From a virus: 64,000 bases of DNA. A program made the translations under genes and the position numbers. This document shows, in pieces, positions 10,778-20,356 of this stretch. The stretch spans positions 10,426-74,425 of IMG/VR virus record IMGVR_UViG_3300021519_000877. One strand, given 5' to 3'. A model generated the notes under the pieces. The model ran no database searches and was not told the origin of the DNA. It saw nothing but the letters and a program-made list of their open reading frames with translations. The number at the start of each line of letters is the position of its first letter. The stretch's first letter is position 1.

Positions 10778-12337
10778 ATGCCATACACAATTAACAGAAC
10801 TAACGGATTAAAAGTAACAGTTGTTCAAGACGGAACAATAGATACAACCTCGCTTGATATTATCTTAGTTGGTAAGAACTATTCGGGTTACGGTGAGTCT
10901 TTTAATGAAAACTTTGTAAAATTATTAGAAAATTTTAGCAATACTACAGAACCTAAGAAACCTCTTAGTGGGCAATTATGGTTTGATGCAAAGAATAAAA
11001 AAATAAAAGTGTATGATGGTACAAAATTTAAATCGCTAGGAGTAGTTGATACTAGTGTGGTTAGACCAACAAGTATGAATCAAGGTGATTTGTGGTACAA
11101 TCCAACAGATCTAAAACTTTATGCATATAACGGTAATTCGTGGATACTAATCGGCCCATCTGCAGCGAGCGGATCTAACGGAGTAAGCACAACCTCTGTT
11201 ATTGATAATAATGGAAACAGTCATCCAATAAGCCAAACAGTGCTTGGCAATTCTTCCCCATCAGTAGTGGCTCCTCCAGGCCCAGATTGGCGCATTAGTG
11301 TAACACCGACTGACGGCTTATACAATACCTATCCAACATTGGTGCCTGGTATTAACTTGCCCGGCACACTCGGCAACGGAGTCAGTGCCTATAATACAAG
11401 TACCGGTTATATGTTTTGGGGAACTGCTGCTACAGCGTTAGGCTTAGTAGAAGGCACAACGGGCATGGTCCCTGTGTCAGAATTATTAAAAAGAAGCGAA
11501 CTAACTACTGGTGCAGATTTTCCAATAGTCACAAATTATGATGTTACTGTTGGTCTTGCACGAGTTGTAAGAATCCATGTAACTGATTCAACTGTAGGCA
11601 ATATAAGTAATATCCGCGATACTCGCTTACAGTTTAATGTCAGTACACCATATAGCGGAACATATACTAATATCCTTAACTTAGATGGTGCCGGCAGTCG
11701 TCAAGTGCTTCCAACAGCAGACGGTCCTGTAAATTTAGGAGCAACCAATAATCAGTTTAGCAACTTATATGTTAATAACATCAATCCTGGCGCAAGTACT
11801 GTAGGTGCGATAACTGGTAGTTGGACCGCGGATACATTAGCGGCAACAAATTTCTCGGCATCTACTGCTACAATATCAACATTATCTGCTGCTGTTGGCG
11901 GCGGAGTAGTAACAGGAATATGGACATTAGCAGATGGCGCAATGTTTGAATCAACGTATGCTGACTTAGCAGAACGCTATGCAGCCGACGCCGAATATGC
12001 TCCAGGCACTGTATTAGTAATCGGAGGCGATGCCGAAGTTACTACAACGGATCGTAGAGGAAATACAGCGGTAGCAGGTATAGTATCCACAGATCCTGCT
12101 TATACATTAAATGCTGACGCAGGAAATGATAGCACTCATCCATACATTGCACTTAAGGGTCGTGTGCCATGTAAAGTAGTCGGCCCTATCAGCAAGGGAG
12201 ACTTATTAGTTACTTCAAGTACAGCTGGTCACGCTGAACGAGCTCATGCAAATGATAATCCAAATGCTGTTCTCGGTCGTGCATTGCAGGACTTTGAAGA
12301 TTCAACTGCCGGCCTTATAGAGGTAATGGTTGCCTAA
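10778..12337 (+). CDS. Tail fibre protein, paralog 4, with C-terminal autocleaving intramolecular-chaperone-like domain
   Basis: Same N-domain; STYADLAERY..GTVLVIGG..GIVST.P..ALKGRVPCKV..GDLL. Confidence 0.75.
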   Translation: MPYTINRTNGLKVTVVQDGTIDTTSLDIILVGKNYSGYGESFNENFVKLLENFSNTTEPKKPLSGQLWFDAKNKKIKVYDGTKFKSLGVVDTSVVRPTSMNQGDLWYNPTDLKLYAYNGNSWILIGPSAASGSNGVSTTSVIDNNGNSHPISQTVLGNSSPSVVAPPGPDWRISVTPTDGLYNTYPTLVPGINLPGTLGNGVSAYNTSTGYMFWGTAATALGLVEGTTGMVPVSELLKRSELTTGADFPIVTNYDVTVGLARVVRIHVTDSTVGNISNIRDTRLQFNVSTPYSGTYTNILNLDGAGSRQVLPTADGPVNLGATNNQFSNLYVNNINPGASTVGAITGSWTADTLAATNFSASTATISTLSAAVGGGVVTGIWTLADGAMFESTYADLAERYAADAEYAPGTVLVIGGDAEVTTTDRRGNTAVAGIVSTDPAYTLNADAGNDSTHPYIALKGRVPCKVVGPISKGDLLVTSSTAGHAERAHANDNPNAVLGRALQDFEDSTAGLIEVMVA

Positions 12338-12350
12338 ATACGGGGGCAAC

Positions 12351-12380
12351 AAAAAAGGCACCCTAGGGTGCCTTTTATTT
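12351..12380. terminator. Bidirectional intrinsic terminator
   Basis: Perfect palindrome aaaaggcaccctagggtgcctttt (12353-12376) between convergent gene blocks. Confidence 0.85.
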
Positions 12381-12393
12381 TGGAGATAAAATC

Positions 12394-12978
12394 TTAAACA
12401 GTTTCTTTAGTAGCCTTCTTGCTTTTTGGAGGATCAATCTCATCTGCCTCCTTGCGCAGTTTGGCAGCTTCTTTATACAAAGCATCTGCCTTAGAACGCA
12501 TTTCAGCTGGACTTAATTCAACACTAGTTTCTTCAACCACATCAGTAGTAACAACTTCTGCTGCCTTTTCGTTAATAGTTGGGATTGTTGCATTAGATCC
12601 ATCTTTGATTGCCAATTGTTCTAATGTTACACCTTTTTGTTGAGCAATAATAGTATTCAACTCGTCGAGTGGAATATTAGTCTTATTGTCTGGTGTAACT
12701 AATACTAAACTAGTAGGAACCTTCTTTAGATATCCGTTGGCATGAACATACTGAAGCATATTCGATCCATCGGGGAATCGACGAACAGCCATTACATCTG
12801 CTAGTTCTTCAGCTTGTTGTCCAGTATCGGATTCAACTAAACTCATCAATCCATCGTGATATGAATCTTGAAGTACCTGTGTGCCTACGACTAATGCAGA
12901 GAGAGGATCTCCTGGAATAGTGCGATAAGCAATAACAATTTTTGCTCCGTTGTTCTTCATTTTACCAACGTGTTTCAT
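12394..12978 (-). CDS. Hypothetical phage protein
   Basis: 194-aa ORF with AGGAG SD. Confidence 0.7.
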   Translation of the reverse strand: MKHVGKMKNNGAKIVIAYRTIPGDPLSALVVGTQVLQDSYHDGLMSLVESDTGQQAEELADVMAVRRFPDGSNMLQYVHANGYLKKVPTSLVLVTPDNKTNIPLDELNTIIAQQKGVTLEQLAIKDGSNATIPTINEKAAEVVTTDVVEETSVELSPAEMRSKADALYKEAAKLRKEADEIDPPKSKKATKETV

Positions 12979-12990
12979 TTTAATCTCCTA

Positions 12991-13245
12991 TTAAGCTGCT
13001 GGGGTTTCAGCTGGCTGTTGTGGTGCTACTGCATTTAAGAATTCATTTAACTTGTTAAATGATGTTCCGACTGCTGCCATTTCGGCTGCACGGAATGCAC
13101 CACGTTGACTTGCAACATCAATAATTGCTCGTAAGTTACCTAAATCTTGAATTGTTAATTCTGGTGTTGCTGGTGCTTGTGGTGGAACTGCTCCGCCAAC
13201 AGCGTCAGTAGTTTCTACTGTACCTTGATCTAATTGTTCTGACAT
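12991..13245 (-). CDS. Hypothetical phage protein
   Basis: 84-aa ORF with AGGAG SD; IIDVASQRGAF motif. Confidence 0.7.
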   Translation of the reverse strand: MSEQLDQGTVETTDAVGGAVPPQAPATPELTIQDLGNLRAIIDVASQRGAFRAAEMAAVGTSFNKLNEFLNAVAPQQPAETPAA

Positions 13246-13254
13246 GTATATCTC

Positions 13255-13536
13255 CTATGTATTCTTGTCTAAGTACGGACATGATAGACTCAATATAGTT
13301 AGTTCTTTAGCATCCTCGACACCAAGTTCTTGGATTTCAACCATCTTATTAGTTGCATCTACTTTTAACCGTTTAGTGATAGCATACCTACTATCTAAGT
13401 TTTGGTAAATCCAACAATCTATACTATCTGCACTAAGGACATTGAGTGTCATTTTAGCAAAATGTTTTGGTATATAAGACAACTTTCGTGCGCCCAAAAC
13501 ATTAAGGGCATTTACTGATCCTTTTGCTAATGACAT
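13255..13536 (-). CDS. Hypothetical protein
   Basis: 93-aa ORF in operon. Confidence 0.6.
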   Translation of the reverse strand: MSLAKGSVNALNVLGARKLSYIPKHFAKMTLNVLSADSIDCWIYQNLDSRYAITKRLKVDATNKMVEIQELGVEDAKELTILSLSCPYLDKNT

Positions 13537-13548
13537 AATGTACCTACT

Positions 13549-14802
13549 TTATTTATAATAAGCAGTCTGGCCATATGGTGCAATTATGGATTCGTTACCG
13601 TGGATAATAAACAGCGTTTCACAGTATTCTTCTGGACCCCAGCTACCACAAGGATAACCGTCTGTAAACATGATAAAGCGTTTTGGTTCAATATCGTTTT
13701 CTTTCATAAACTCAAAATTAGCATCAAAGTCTGTGCCGCCACCACCCTTAACTTCATAAGTTAAAATGTCGCTAGCAGTATCTGATGTAAATTCAGCAAA
13801 GTTATAAACCGCTGTATCAAAACACCAAAGTTTAAGTTTAAAATCTACGTATTCGTCCATAATGCCTTTAACTTCACTAATAAAGTCTTTGGCCTGTTTG
13901 TCCGAAATACTACCACTCATATCAATTGCACAGCATACATCAACTGTTTCATCATTAATCATGCCTGGCAAAATTGCGCCCGACATTTGTGATTTACGAT
14001 TTGGACGAGTAAAGCTAAAGTTACTTTTTAGAATGCTTTGGATATTCATGCGTAACAATTCACGCCAATCCATTTTAGGTTCAGTAAAGTCTGAAATCAT
14101 TCTAGCAACACCTGCTGGAATTTTACCAGCGCCAGCAGCCTGTGCGGCACTTACCATTGCTTCTTTGATTTCATCGCGGATTTTTTTCTTATCTTCTGCA
14201 GATAAACGTGGACGACCTTTGCCGGTACCTTCTGGCCCATCGCCTTCTCCATCACCCTCTGGACCTTCTTCACCATCTAAGTGTTCATCAAGCAATTCGC
14301 CTAACGAGCCGATATCGATCTTTTCTGCTTTTTCATACAGATCGTCATAAACTTCTTCGTAGCTCTTACCGCGATATTTATTATCCTGAAAAATCTTAAT
14401 CCAATCAGGAACTTCGCCAATACGTTCATCTTTAAGGATTTGATTAACACAATAGTCAGCGGCAATATTACTTAATTGAGGATCACGACTTTGACGACGA
14501 CCCATATGGTCAAATACATTGTGTAGGACTTCGTGTGCAAATCCAAACTCTGCTTGTTTTGGAGTAAGACGATCTACAAAGCCTACATTGTAATAAAATG
14601 TGCGACCATCTGTAGCAAGTGTTGGGCACCAGTCTGATGCGTCAACTAATTTTAAACGGGTAGCTAAGTTACCAAAAAACGGATGACGCAACAAAAGACC
14701 AACACGAGCAGTAGTAAGTTTTTCAATAACCTTGTTCTTTTCTTCGCGAGTAAATTCACGAACTTTTTCTACTTTCTTACGCTCTTGTTTCATTACAGTC
14801 AT
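13549..14802 (-). CDS. Metallopeptidase-like (HExxH) plus VWA domain protein (DUF2201-like)
   Basis: TLATDG, AHEVLH, NIAADY..N; VWA MIDAS DMSGS, GGGGTDF, FTDG. Confidence 0.85.
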   Translation of the reverse strand: MTVMKQERKKVEKVREFTREEKNKVIEKLTTARVGLLLRHPFFGNLATRLKLVDASDWCPTLATDGRTFYYNVGFVDRLTPKQAEFGFAHEVLHNVFDHMGRRQSRDPQLSNIAADYCVNQILKDERIGEVPDWIKIFQDNKYRGKSYEEVYDDLYEKAEKIDIGSLGELLDEHLDGEEGPEGDGEGDGPEGTGKGRPRLSAEDKKKIRDEIKEAMVSAAQAAGAGKIPAGVARMISDFTEPKMDWRELLRMNIQSILKSNFSFTRPNRKSQMSGAILPGMINDETVDVCCAIDMSGSISDKQAKDFISEVKGIMDEYVDFKLKLWCFDTAVYNFAEFTSDTASDILTYEVKGGGGTDFDANFEFMKENDIEPKRFIMFTDGYPCGSWGPEEYCETLFIIHGNESIIAPYGQTAYYK

Positions 14803-14834
14803 TTTGGGTTCCTATTGTTTCAGTGTATGTATAT

Positions 14835-14863
14835 ATTATACAGCTATTCTTTGGTTTTGTCAA
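14835..14863 (-). promoter_or_regulatory. Sigma70-type promoter TTGACA-17-TATAAT
   Basis: Perfect consensus upstream of the VWA gene. Confidence 0.85.
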
Positions 14864-15035
14864 GTCCAAAATGTTCTTTAATTACTGTTGCTACAGCAGG
14901 AGCAAGCCCGGACTCTGCAATACTAGCACATTCTGCCGCAATAGATTGGGCAAATTGGGTTAGTTGTTCGTCAGTATAAGCGTAATCGGAAAGGTAACCT
15001 GCTTGTTCTGCTAGTTTAAGTAATTGTTCGTTCAT
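14844..15035 (-). CDS. Small hypothetical protein
   Basis: 63-aa ORF. Confidence 0.55.
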   Translation of the reverse strand: MNEQLLKLAEQAGYLSDYAYTDEQLTQFAQSIAAECASIAESGLAPAVATVIKEHFGLDKTKE

Positions 15036-15043
15036 TTTGTTCT

Positions 15044-15065
15044 AAAGAGCCCCGAAGGGCTCTTT
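15044..15065 (-). terminator. Hairpin/terminator with cUUCGg tetraloop
   Basis: aaagagccc-ttcg-gggctcttt immediately after the ATPase stop. Confidence 0.7.
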
Positions 15066-16148
15066 TTAGTTCTCCATTGCTGAAATAATATATTTGCCAT
15101 ATTTCTCATGAAACTCATCAAAGCTCTTGAGCTTGCTAGCATCGAATGGCAATGCATATTGTGTTAATGCAACCTTAGCACCCATAACTACTAACTCGGT
15201 TGGAAAGTTATCCATCATAAAGCGGAAGAAACAATCCGCCATGTCATTCCAGTTCTTAACTTTCTTTTCATGTGCTGTTTGTAATTCATAGCACATAGAA
15301 ATTGTCAAAGAATACATCGCTGAAATTTCTTTAATTTCTAATTTCTTAACTTCGCCATTTAAGATTGCTTCTGGCTTAGGCAACTGTTTGGCAATCTTAC
15401 GATGTGCCATAAATTTAACAGCCAGACCGTCCCCGATGGCACCTGCTACAAGATCAGTGAGAGTGTTCTCTGACAAGTCATCATCACCGAGGAGGTCTGA
15501 AACGAATGACCAAGAGCGTGGCGTAGCAAATGCACGGCTTGAGCTCTTTGGATCAAAATCATAAAGGTCTTGTTTTGCGAAACCACAGTAGCCTACAACT
15601 TGCTCGTGGATCTTATTCTTAACAGCCCATTCTTGCCAATCATCAAAGTTAGTTTTAAGTTCTAAATGTAGGAAACGATTGGCCAACGGAGCAGGCATAC
15701 GATAAGTAACACCTTTATCTGATTCTCTGTTACCAGCGGCAACAATACTAACACCTTTTGGCAAATGATATGTGCCAACACGACGATTTAAAATTAACTG
15801 ATAAGCCGCTGCCTGTGTAGCAGGAGCCGCTGAGTTAAGTTCGTCCAAAAACAACACAGCGGTTGAGTCTGGATCGCTAGGCAATTCTGCTGGCGCCGCC
15901 CATTGCATGGTGTGTGATTCTGGATTGAAGAATGGAATACCTTTAATGTCTGTAGGTTCCCAAAGTGATAAACGAACGTCTACTACTTCGCGATCGGTTT
16001 CTTCTGCGATTTGTTTAACGATATCGGATTTACCAATACCTGGAGCACCCCAAAGGAATACTGGACGACTTACTTTAAAGCATTTACGGATAGCCGCTTT
16101 AGCTTCATTTGGAGTTTGTGTGCGGTTTGAACTGATTGACTCTGCCAT
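15066..16148 (-). CDS. MoxR-like AAA+ ATPase
   Basis: Walker A GAPGIGKS, Walker B LFLDE, AAGN sensor, PLANRF. Confidence 0.88.
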   Translation of the reverse strand: MAESISSNRTQTPNEAKAAIRKCFKVSRPVFLWGAPGIGKSDIVKQIAEETDREVVDVRLSLWEPTDIKGIPFFNPESHTMQWAAPAELPSDPDSTAVLFLDELNSAAPATQAAAYQLILNRRVGTYHLPKGVSIVAAGNRESDKGVTYRMPAPLANRFLHLELKTNFDDWQEWAVKNKIHEQVVGYCGFAKQDLYDFDPKSSSRAFATPRSWSFVSDLLGDDDLSENTLTDLVAGAIGDGLAVKFMAHRKIAKQLPKPEAILNGEVKKLEIKEISAMYSLTISMCYELQTAHEKKVKNWNDMADCFFRFMMDNFPTELVVMGAKVALTQYALPFDASKLKSFDEFHEKYGKYIISAMEN

Positions 16149-16197
16149 TTTAGCCTCTATATAAAAAATTAATATGAACTACTCTCACTGTTTATAT

Positions 16198-16226
16198 AGT
16201 ATAACGCTAAATCGTTATTTTGTCAA
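16198..16226 (-). promoter_or_regulatory. Sigma70-type promoter TTGACA-17-TATACT
   Basis: Near-consensus upstream of the AAA ATPase. Confidence 0.8.
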
Positions 16227-16624
16227 GTTGGGGTTTCTTCGGTGTTGTTTTTAAGCGACATTGCTTTGGCCATACCAAACTTTTCAACATCCCCACTAAA
16301 AAGGACTAATTGGACAGCAGTCTTTTCTTTGAATACAATTATGGACTTTTTGGTTATGTAATATGGACCATCAATAAACCGATCTAGCCAAATTGTAGTT
16401 TGATTAGTAAGGGTAAACTCTTTTGGAAACTCTATATTGTAGCTTTTCATATCCATTTGTTCAGTGAATACTGTAAAGCCTTCTTCAGTAAGGCGCATAC
16501 CGCCTACTGCTTTTTTACGTGAGTTTTGCCAAATAATTGAATGATTTTTAGCCAGGCTTTTTGCATCATCTGGCCAACCTAACTGCTTACTTACAACTGT
16601 AGTTAAATGACTTTTTATGTCCAT
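16223..16624 (-). CDS. Hypothetical phage protein
   Basis: 133-aa ORF, coupled to upstream gene. Confidence 0.65.
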   Translation of the reverse strand: MDIKSHLTTVVSKQLGWPDDAKSLAKNHSIIWQNSRKKAVGGMRLTEEGFTVFTEQMDMKSYNIEFPKEFTLTNQTTIWLDRFIDGPYYITKKSIIVFKEKTAVQLVLFSGDVEKFGMAKAMSLKNNTEETPT

Positions 16625-16908
16625 TACTTGAGTAGTTCACCAGTGGTTAATTTATATACAGCAAACTCAGTGCAGTTAAACAGTTTATTCAACTTTTCTG
16701 CTAGATTGATAGCGTGACCGCTATTTGAAAAACTTACTTTTTTGTATTTTGGACCTAAATGATTTGCAATCATACTTGTGGTCTTTAAATTAACAGGTTT
16801 CCCTTTATAAAACACAGCCCAAATGGCTTCGGCTTCGAGAACTTGTTCTGTCTTGTAAGTTTTTTTACTGGTTATTTCTAATAGCACCTTTGGCTTCGGT
16901 CTCGACAT
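16624..16908 (-). CDS. Hypothetical phage protein (MSRPKP...)
   Basis: ORF preceded by TAAATA at 16937-16942. Confidence 0.65.
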   Translation of the reverse strand: MSRPKPKVLLEITSKKTYKTEQVLEAEAIWAVFYKGKPVNLKTTSMIANHLGPKYKKVSFSNSGHAINLAEKLNKLFNCTEFAVYKLTTGELLK

Positions 16909-16950
16909 CCTGCGTATCCCCATATATATACGCAGTTATTTATCCGGTTT

Positions 16951-17175
16951 TTACAAACTTCCGCCGTCCATTTTAATGGTAACATCGCCCGATGATTGAA
17001 CATTTAATGCAATTGCATCTAAATCACCAGCTAAACGAGTCATTACCACTGATAGGCTTTCTTCAAGTAATATTGCTTCATCTATAGGCAAATTTACGGT
17101 TTTTTGACCGCTTTTTCGTGCAATACGAGCCTTTTCTAGGAACATTTCGATGGGTAAGGTGTTTAATGCTTTCAT
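16951..17175 (-). CDS. Hypothetical protein
   Basis: 74-aa ORF overlapping upstream stop (ATGA). Confidence 0.6.
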   Translation of the reverse strand: MKALNTLPIEMFLEKARIARKSGQKTVNLPIDEAILLEESLSVVMTRLAGDLDAIALNVQSSGDVTIKMDGGSL

Positions 17176-17654
17176 GATTGATCCTTGCTAACTGTATTTA
17201 AAATAGTGCGCATTTCTAATTCTGTCTTAAATGGACCTTTATATGGGTAACGTTCTAGTGTAATTAGCTTAGGGCAGAAGCTTTTTACCCAACCCTTACG
17301 GAATTTAATCACGTAGTATCCAGCACAATACAAGCTCTTACTCTTTGAGCTTTTAGCATAGATAGGCAGTCGCTTTTGAACATTCCAAAGAGGCTCAAAT
17401 GCACGTCCATTCACTGGATAATCGTAAATGCTATTGTCAAGTTTCTTAGCCTGTTTTTCTTTTTTGATGGCTTCTTCAGTAATATTAATACCGAATCGTT
17501 CTTTAATTTCTTTAAGATCATTTACTTCAATCTTTTGTCCTTTGCAAAGTAAACTATAGCCTGTTTTATCTTTACTAAGTGTGGCAAATTTCTCACCATC
17601 GTTTTCTAGGATCCAAAATTTATTTGGAACCAATACTTTAGCTACTGTAGTCAT
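17172..17654 (-). CDS. Hypothetical phage protein
   Basis: ORF with GAGGAG SD; YCAGYY..SFCPKLITLERY motif. Confidence 0.65.
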   Translation of the reverse strand: MTTVAKVLVPNKFWILENDGEKFATLSKDKTGYSLLCKGQKIEVNDLKEIKERFGINITEEAIKKEKQAKKLDNSIYDYPVNGRAFEPLWNVQKRLPIYAKSSKSKSLYCAGYYVIKFRKGWVKSFCPKLITLERYPYKGPFKTELEMRTILNTVSKDQS

Positions 17655-17710
17655 ATGCATCTCCTCGCATGTGTGTATCTTGTGGTTGCAGGTATCGATA
17701 TATTGACATT

Positions 17711-18698
17711 TCATTTATGATACCTTGCATTTAATGGGTCTGAATAGCTTTGTGCTTGTTCACTAACTTTAACTAAGTCATAAGTGGCACAAAATTTCAT
17801 AAGTCTAATACCTACCTGTGCAACATTCTTCTTCTTATCAATTTCCGCTTGAATAGTATCAGCAATCATTAGTTGGATCTCTGCAGGGTGCGCAGTTAAA
17901 TCGCATAATGTAACATTGCGAGCATAGTCATCCAATACCCTATGTTCAACACCTTCATGATCTACCCAACGCTGTAACATTAAGTTGTTCCACGCCCACC
18001 CTTTTGAGTTGCGGTCTTCGAAGGCTTCTTGTAAACCAACTTTATTTTGTTCCTTTTGTTCGGACACCCGGGTATGCTGAGAAGACATTATCACTGGTAT
18101 CGCCACGCATGCATTTTTCAAAGAGGAGCCATTCAGGATTCGGTGCTGGCTTTTCTTCATTAGTTTTTTTGTCTTTAACTCGCTTGCCTTTTTCATCAAA
18201 ATATCCTTCATATGTAGTTGTAACACCGCTTACACCGTTGTATTGTTTTACATTGGGTGCAATTAGTTGTGCAAAGTCGCCGTCTGTTGAAATGATAACA
18301 TGATGATCATCTGGATGACTAGCTACCCAACCTGCAATTAAATCATCTGCTTCTAGATTAGGATGTTGTAGGACTGTGCAGTTTGTTTTTTCGTGAATGT
18401 ATTCTTTAAAATCGTCAAATGTTTCCCAAAAGATTTTATCTTCTTCTGCGTCAGTTGAACTCATTGCTTCGCGAACTTCTTGACGATTACGTTTATATGG
18501 AGCATAGATATCTTTGCGCCAGCTACGACCTTCTAAACAAAATATAACGTGAGTGCCGTTAAAATCTTTCCAGGCTTTACGCACAGAATTTAAAATGACA
18601 TGTAAACTCATCCCTACTTTCTCAGAGATATCACCTCGCACAACATGTCGAGCTCTAAAAAAAGTATTCGCAGTATCTACTAAAATATATGTTGTCAT
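17711..18698 (-). pseudogene. T4 RNase H-like 5'-3' exonuclease (FEN/PIN fold) split by a frameshift near 18042-18048
   Basis: ILVD..N, EGRSWRK..YK.NR, EADD, STDGDF.QL and GDTSDNV in 18042..18698; the C-terminal part (NKVGLQEAF..) continues in another frame to 17711. Confidence 0.75.
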
Positions 18699-19075
18699 TA
18701 ACTGATCTCTGATCTTCCGTTGGGTAATTTGTTAACATTAATGTAACCTGCACCTCTACGATCCATACCAGGTACATTCTCGTCACTGCCGATTTCTTTA
18801 CATAGATCACCAAACCACTGATCCATTATTTCTTCATCTGTAGTACCGGTATATCCGTTTTCTCTTAACATTGTAATAAAATATTCATTCCAGTCAAGTT
18901 CAAAAAATCCATTCTTTGGATTTGATGGATTAACATGCGTATCCAATACAGCTACCCACGGCTCTTTTAGATTAGTAGCAATAGTCTTTGGATCTACTGG
19001 TTCGCTAGGAACAACATACTTTTCTGCTTCTTTTGTTTTTTTTGATTTAAACAAATTTTTAATTTTTTCTAACAT
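18698..19075 (-). CDS. Hypothetical phage protein
   Basis: 125-aa ORF; GFFELDWNEYF motif. Confidence 0.65.
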   Translation of the reverse strand: MLEKIKNLFKSKKTKEAEKYVVPSEPVDPKTIATNLKEPWVAVLDTHVNPSNPKNGFFELDWNEYFITMLRENGYTGTTDEEIMDQWFGDLCKEIGSDENVPGMDRRGAGYINVNKLPNGRSEIS

Positions 19076-19341
19076 ATTTTACCTTTTAATATACCTACCA
19101 AAAATTCTTCTTTGGTTACCCAGCGATATAAGAATACCGGATCACCAGGCCCTGTAATCATTCGTGTACCTTTATAACCTAACTTCATCCAAATCCATTC
19201 ATCTGAATAGTAACATTTACGTGGCCGCAGAAAGAATTTTAATTCCCAAGTAGCCCTTCCGTGAAATACATCGTATTCTTCATCCATTCCGGGTATCGGC
19301 ATAGGGGTTACTCTAGCGTATCCAAACTTTATCTTCCCCAT
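19069..19341 (-). CDS. Hypothetical protein
   Basis: 90-aa ORF in operon. Confidence 0.55.
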   Translation of the reverse strand: MGKIKFGYARVTPMPIPGMDEEYDVFHGRATWELKFFLRPRKCYYSDEWIWMKLGYKGTRMITGPGDPVFLYRWVTKEEFLVGILKGKIC

Positions 19342-19502
19342 TTAATCTTTAACCAAATACGTTCATGTATATAATGTACCGCAGTTAAAATAATGTGAAT
19401 AATAACAGCGTTTCCTAATCCCGTCCACAAAGCCGTAATTAGCAATGCAATAATACGATATGTTAATGCACGAACTATGGTTCTTTTGTGGAGTTCAGTC
19501 AT
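19329..19502 (-). CDS. Small membrane protein (DUF2061-like)
   Basis: RTIVRALTYR..HERIW..I.WG pattern. Confidence 0.6.
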   Translation of the reverse strand: MTELHKRTIVRALTYRIIALLITALWTGLGNAVIIHIILTAVHYIHERIWLKIKWGR

Positions 19503-20356
19503 TAAGTTCCCCACTCGTTCTTAAACAAAGGTACTTGTAAGCGGTCACTATATCGTAAACCGTTTTTCATTGCTAACAATGCCACGGCCTTATTATTCAT
19601 AGCGTATACACTTTCAACGCCTCCGACCGGCATTAAGTAGACAGGACCTGTAAATCCAGCGGCACGATAAATGTCCACTGCTTCTAATGCTTCTTCAGCA
19701 TCTTCTTCGGTTGCAACAACAAACTTCAAATATGTATAACCCGCTTCTTCGTATTCACAAACAACTTCTGGCTTAATAGCCTCATCTGGATGCTCGCCTG
19801 AACAACTTAGTTTGGCACTAACTGAGAATGTAACTTCTCTAGCTAACTGATGATTAGTATTGCGCCATTTGATTAAAAACTCTTTAAATTCTGGAGTTAG
19901 CTTTTGAGTACCATTTGTTTCAAATGTGATCTCTTTTAACTCTTGCATCTTAGGATGATCCAACAAGTCGGGATAAGCACGTTGCCAACCTAATAACGGC
20001 TCGCCACCTGTAATAACAAGATGTGCGTCCTGCCATTTATTCTCAGGAAGAATTTCCATAGTGCGTTCTACAATGGCATCACTAGTAAGCATTGGCGACA
20101 AGTCCTTAAAACTAGGATGCCACGAAGCATAGCTGTCACAGCCTGTTGATACTAGAGGTAAGTCTTCATACTTTGTAAACATATGAGCAACTTCGGAAAT
20201 CTCTTCTGCCTCTGCACTTAGTTCACCTTTTGACATACCAAAGCCTGCACATTTAAAATTGCATCCAAATGTGCGTAAGAACACAGAAGGCACGCCCATA
20301 TAACGTCCTTCACCTTGTATACTGTAAAATAATTCTGCTATTTTAAGTTTGCTCAT
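19502..20356 (-). CDS. queE: 7-carboxy-7-deazaguanine synthase, radical SAM
   Basis: ELFYSIQGEG, VFLRTFGCNFKC..CDS, VITGGEPLL, ETNGT, RLQV. Confidence 0.85.
   Translation of the reverse strand: MSKLKIAELFYSIQGEGRYMGVPSVFLRTFGCNFKCAGFGMSKGELSAEAEEISEVAHMFTKYEDLPLVSTGCDSYASWHPSFKDLSPMLTSDAIVERTMEILPENKWQDAHLVITGGEPLLGWQRAYPDLLDHPKMQELKEITFETNGTQKLTPEFKEFLIKWRNTNHQLAREVTFSVSAKLSCSGEHPDEAIKPEVVCEYEEAGYTYLKFVVATEEDAEEALEAVDIYRAAGFTGPVYLMPVGGVESVYAMNNKAVALLAMKNGLRYSDRLQVPLFKNEWGT

Noticed and set aside
13862-14350. Antisense/shadow ORFs here and elsewhere (e.g. 40248-40700, 23111-23434, 33372-33773)
   Set aside because: Fully overlap well-supported genes; expected by-products of codon bias
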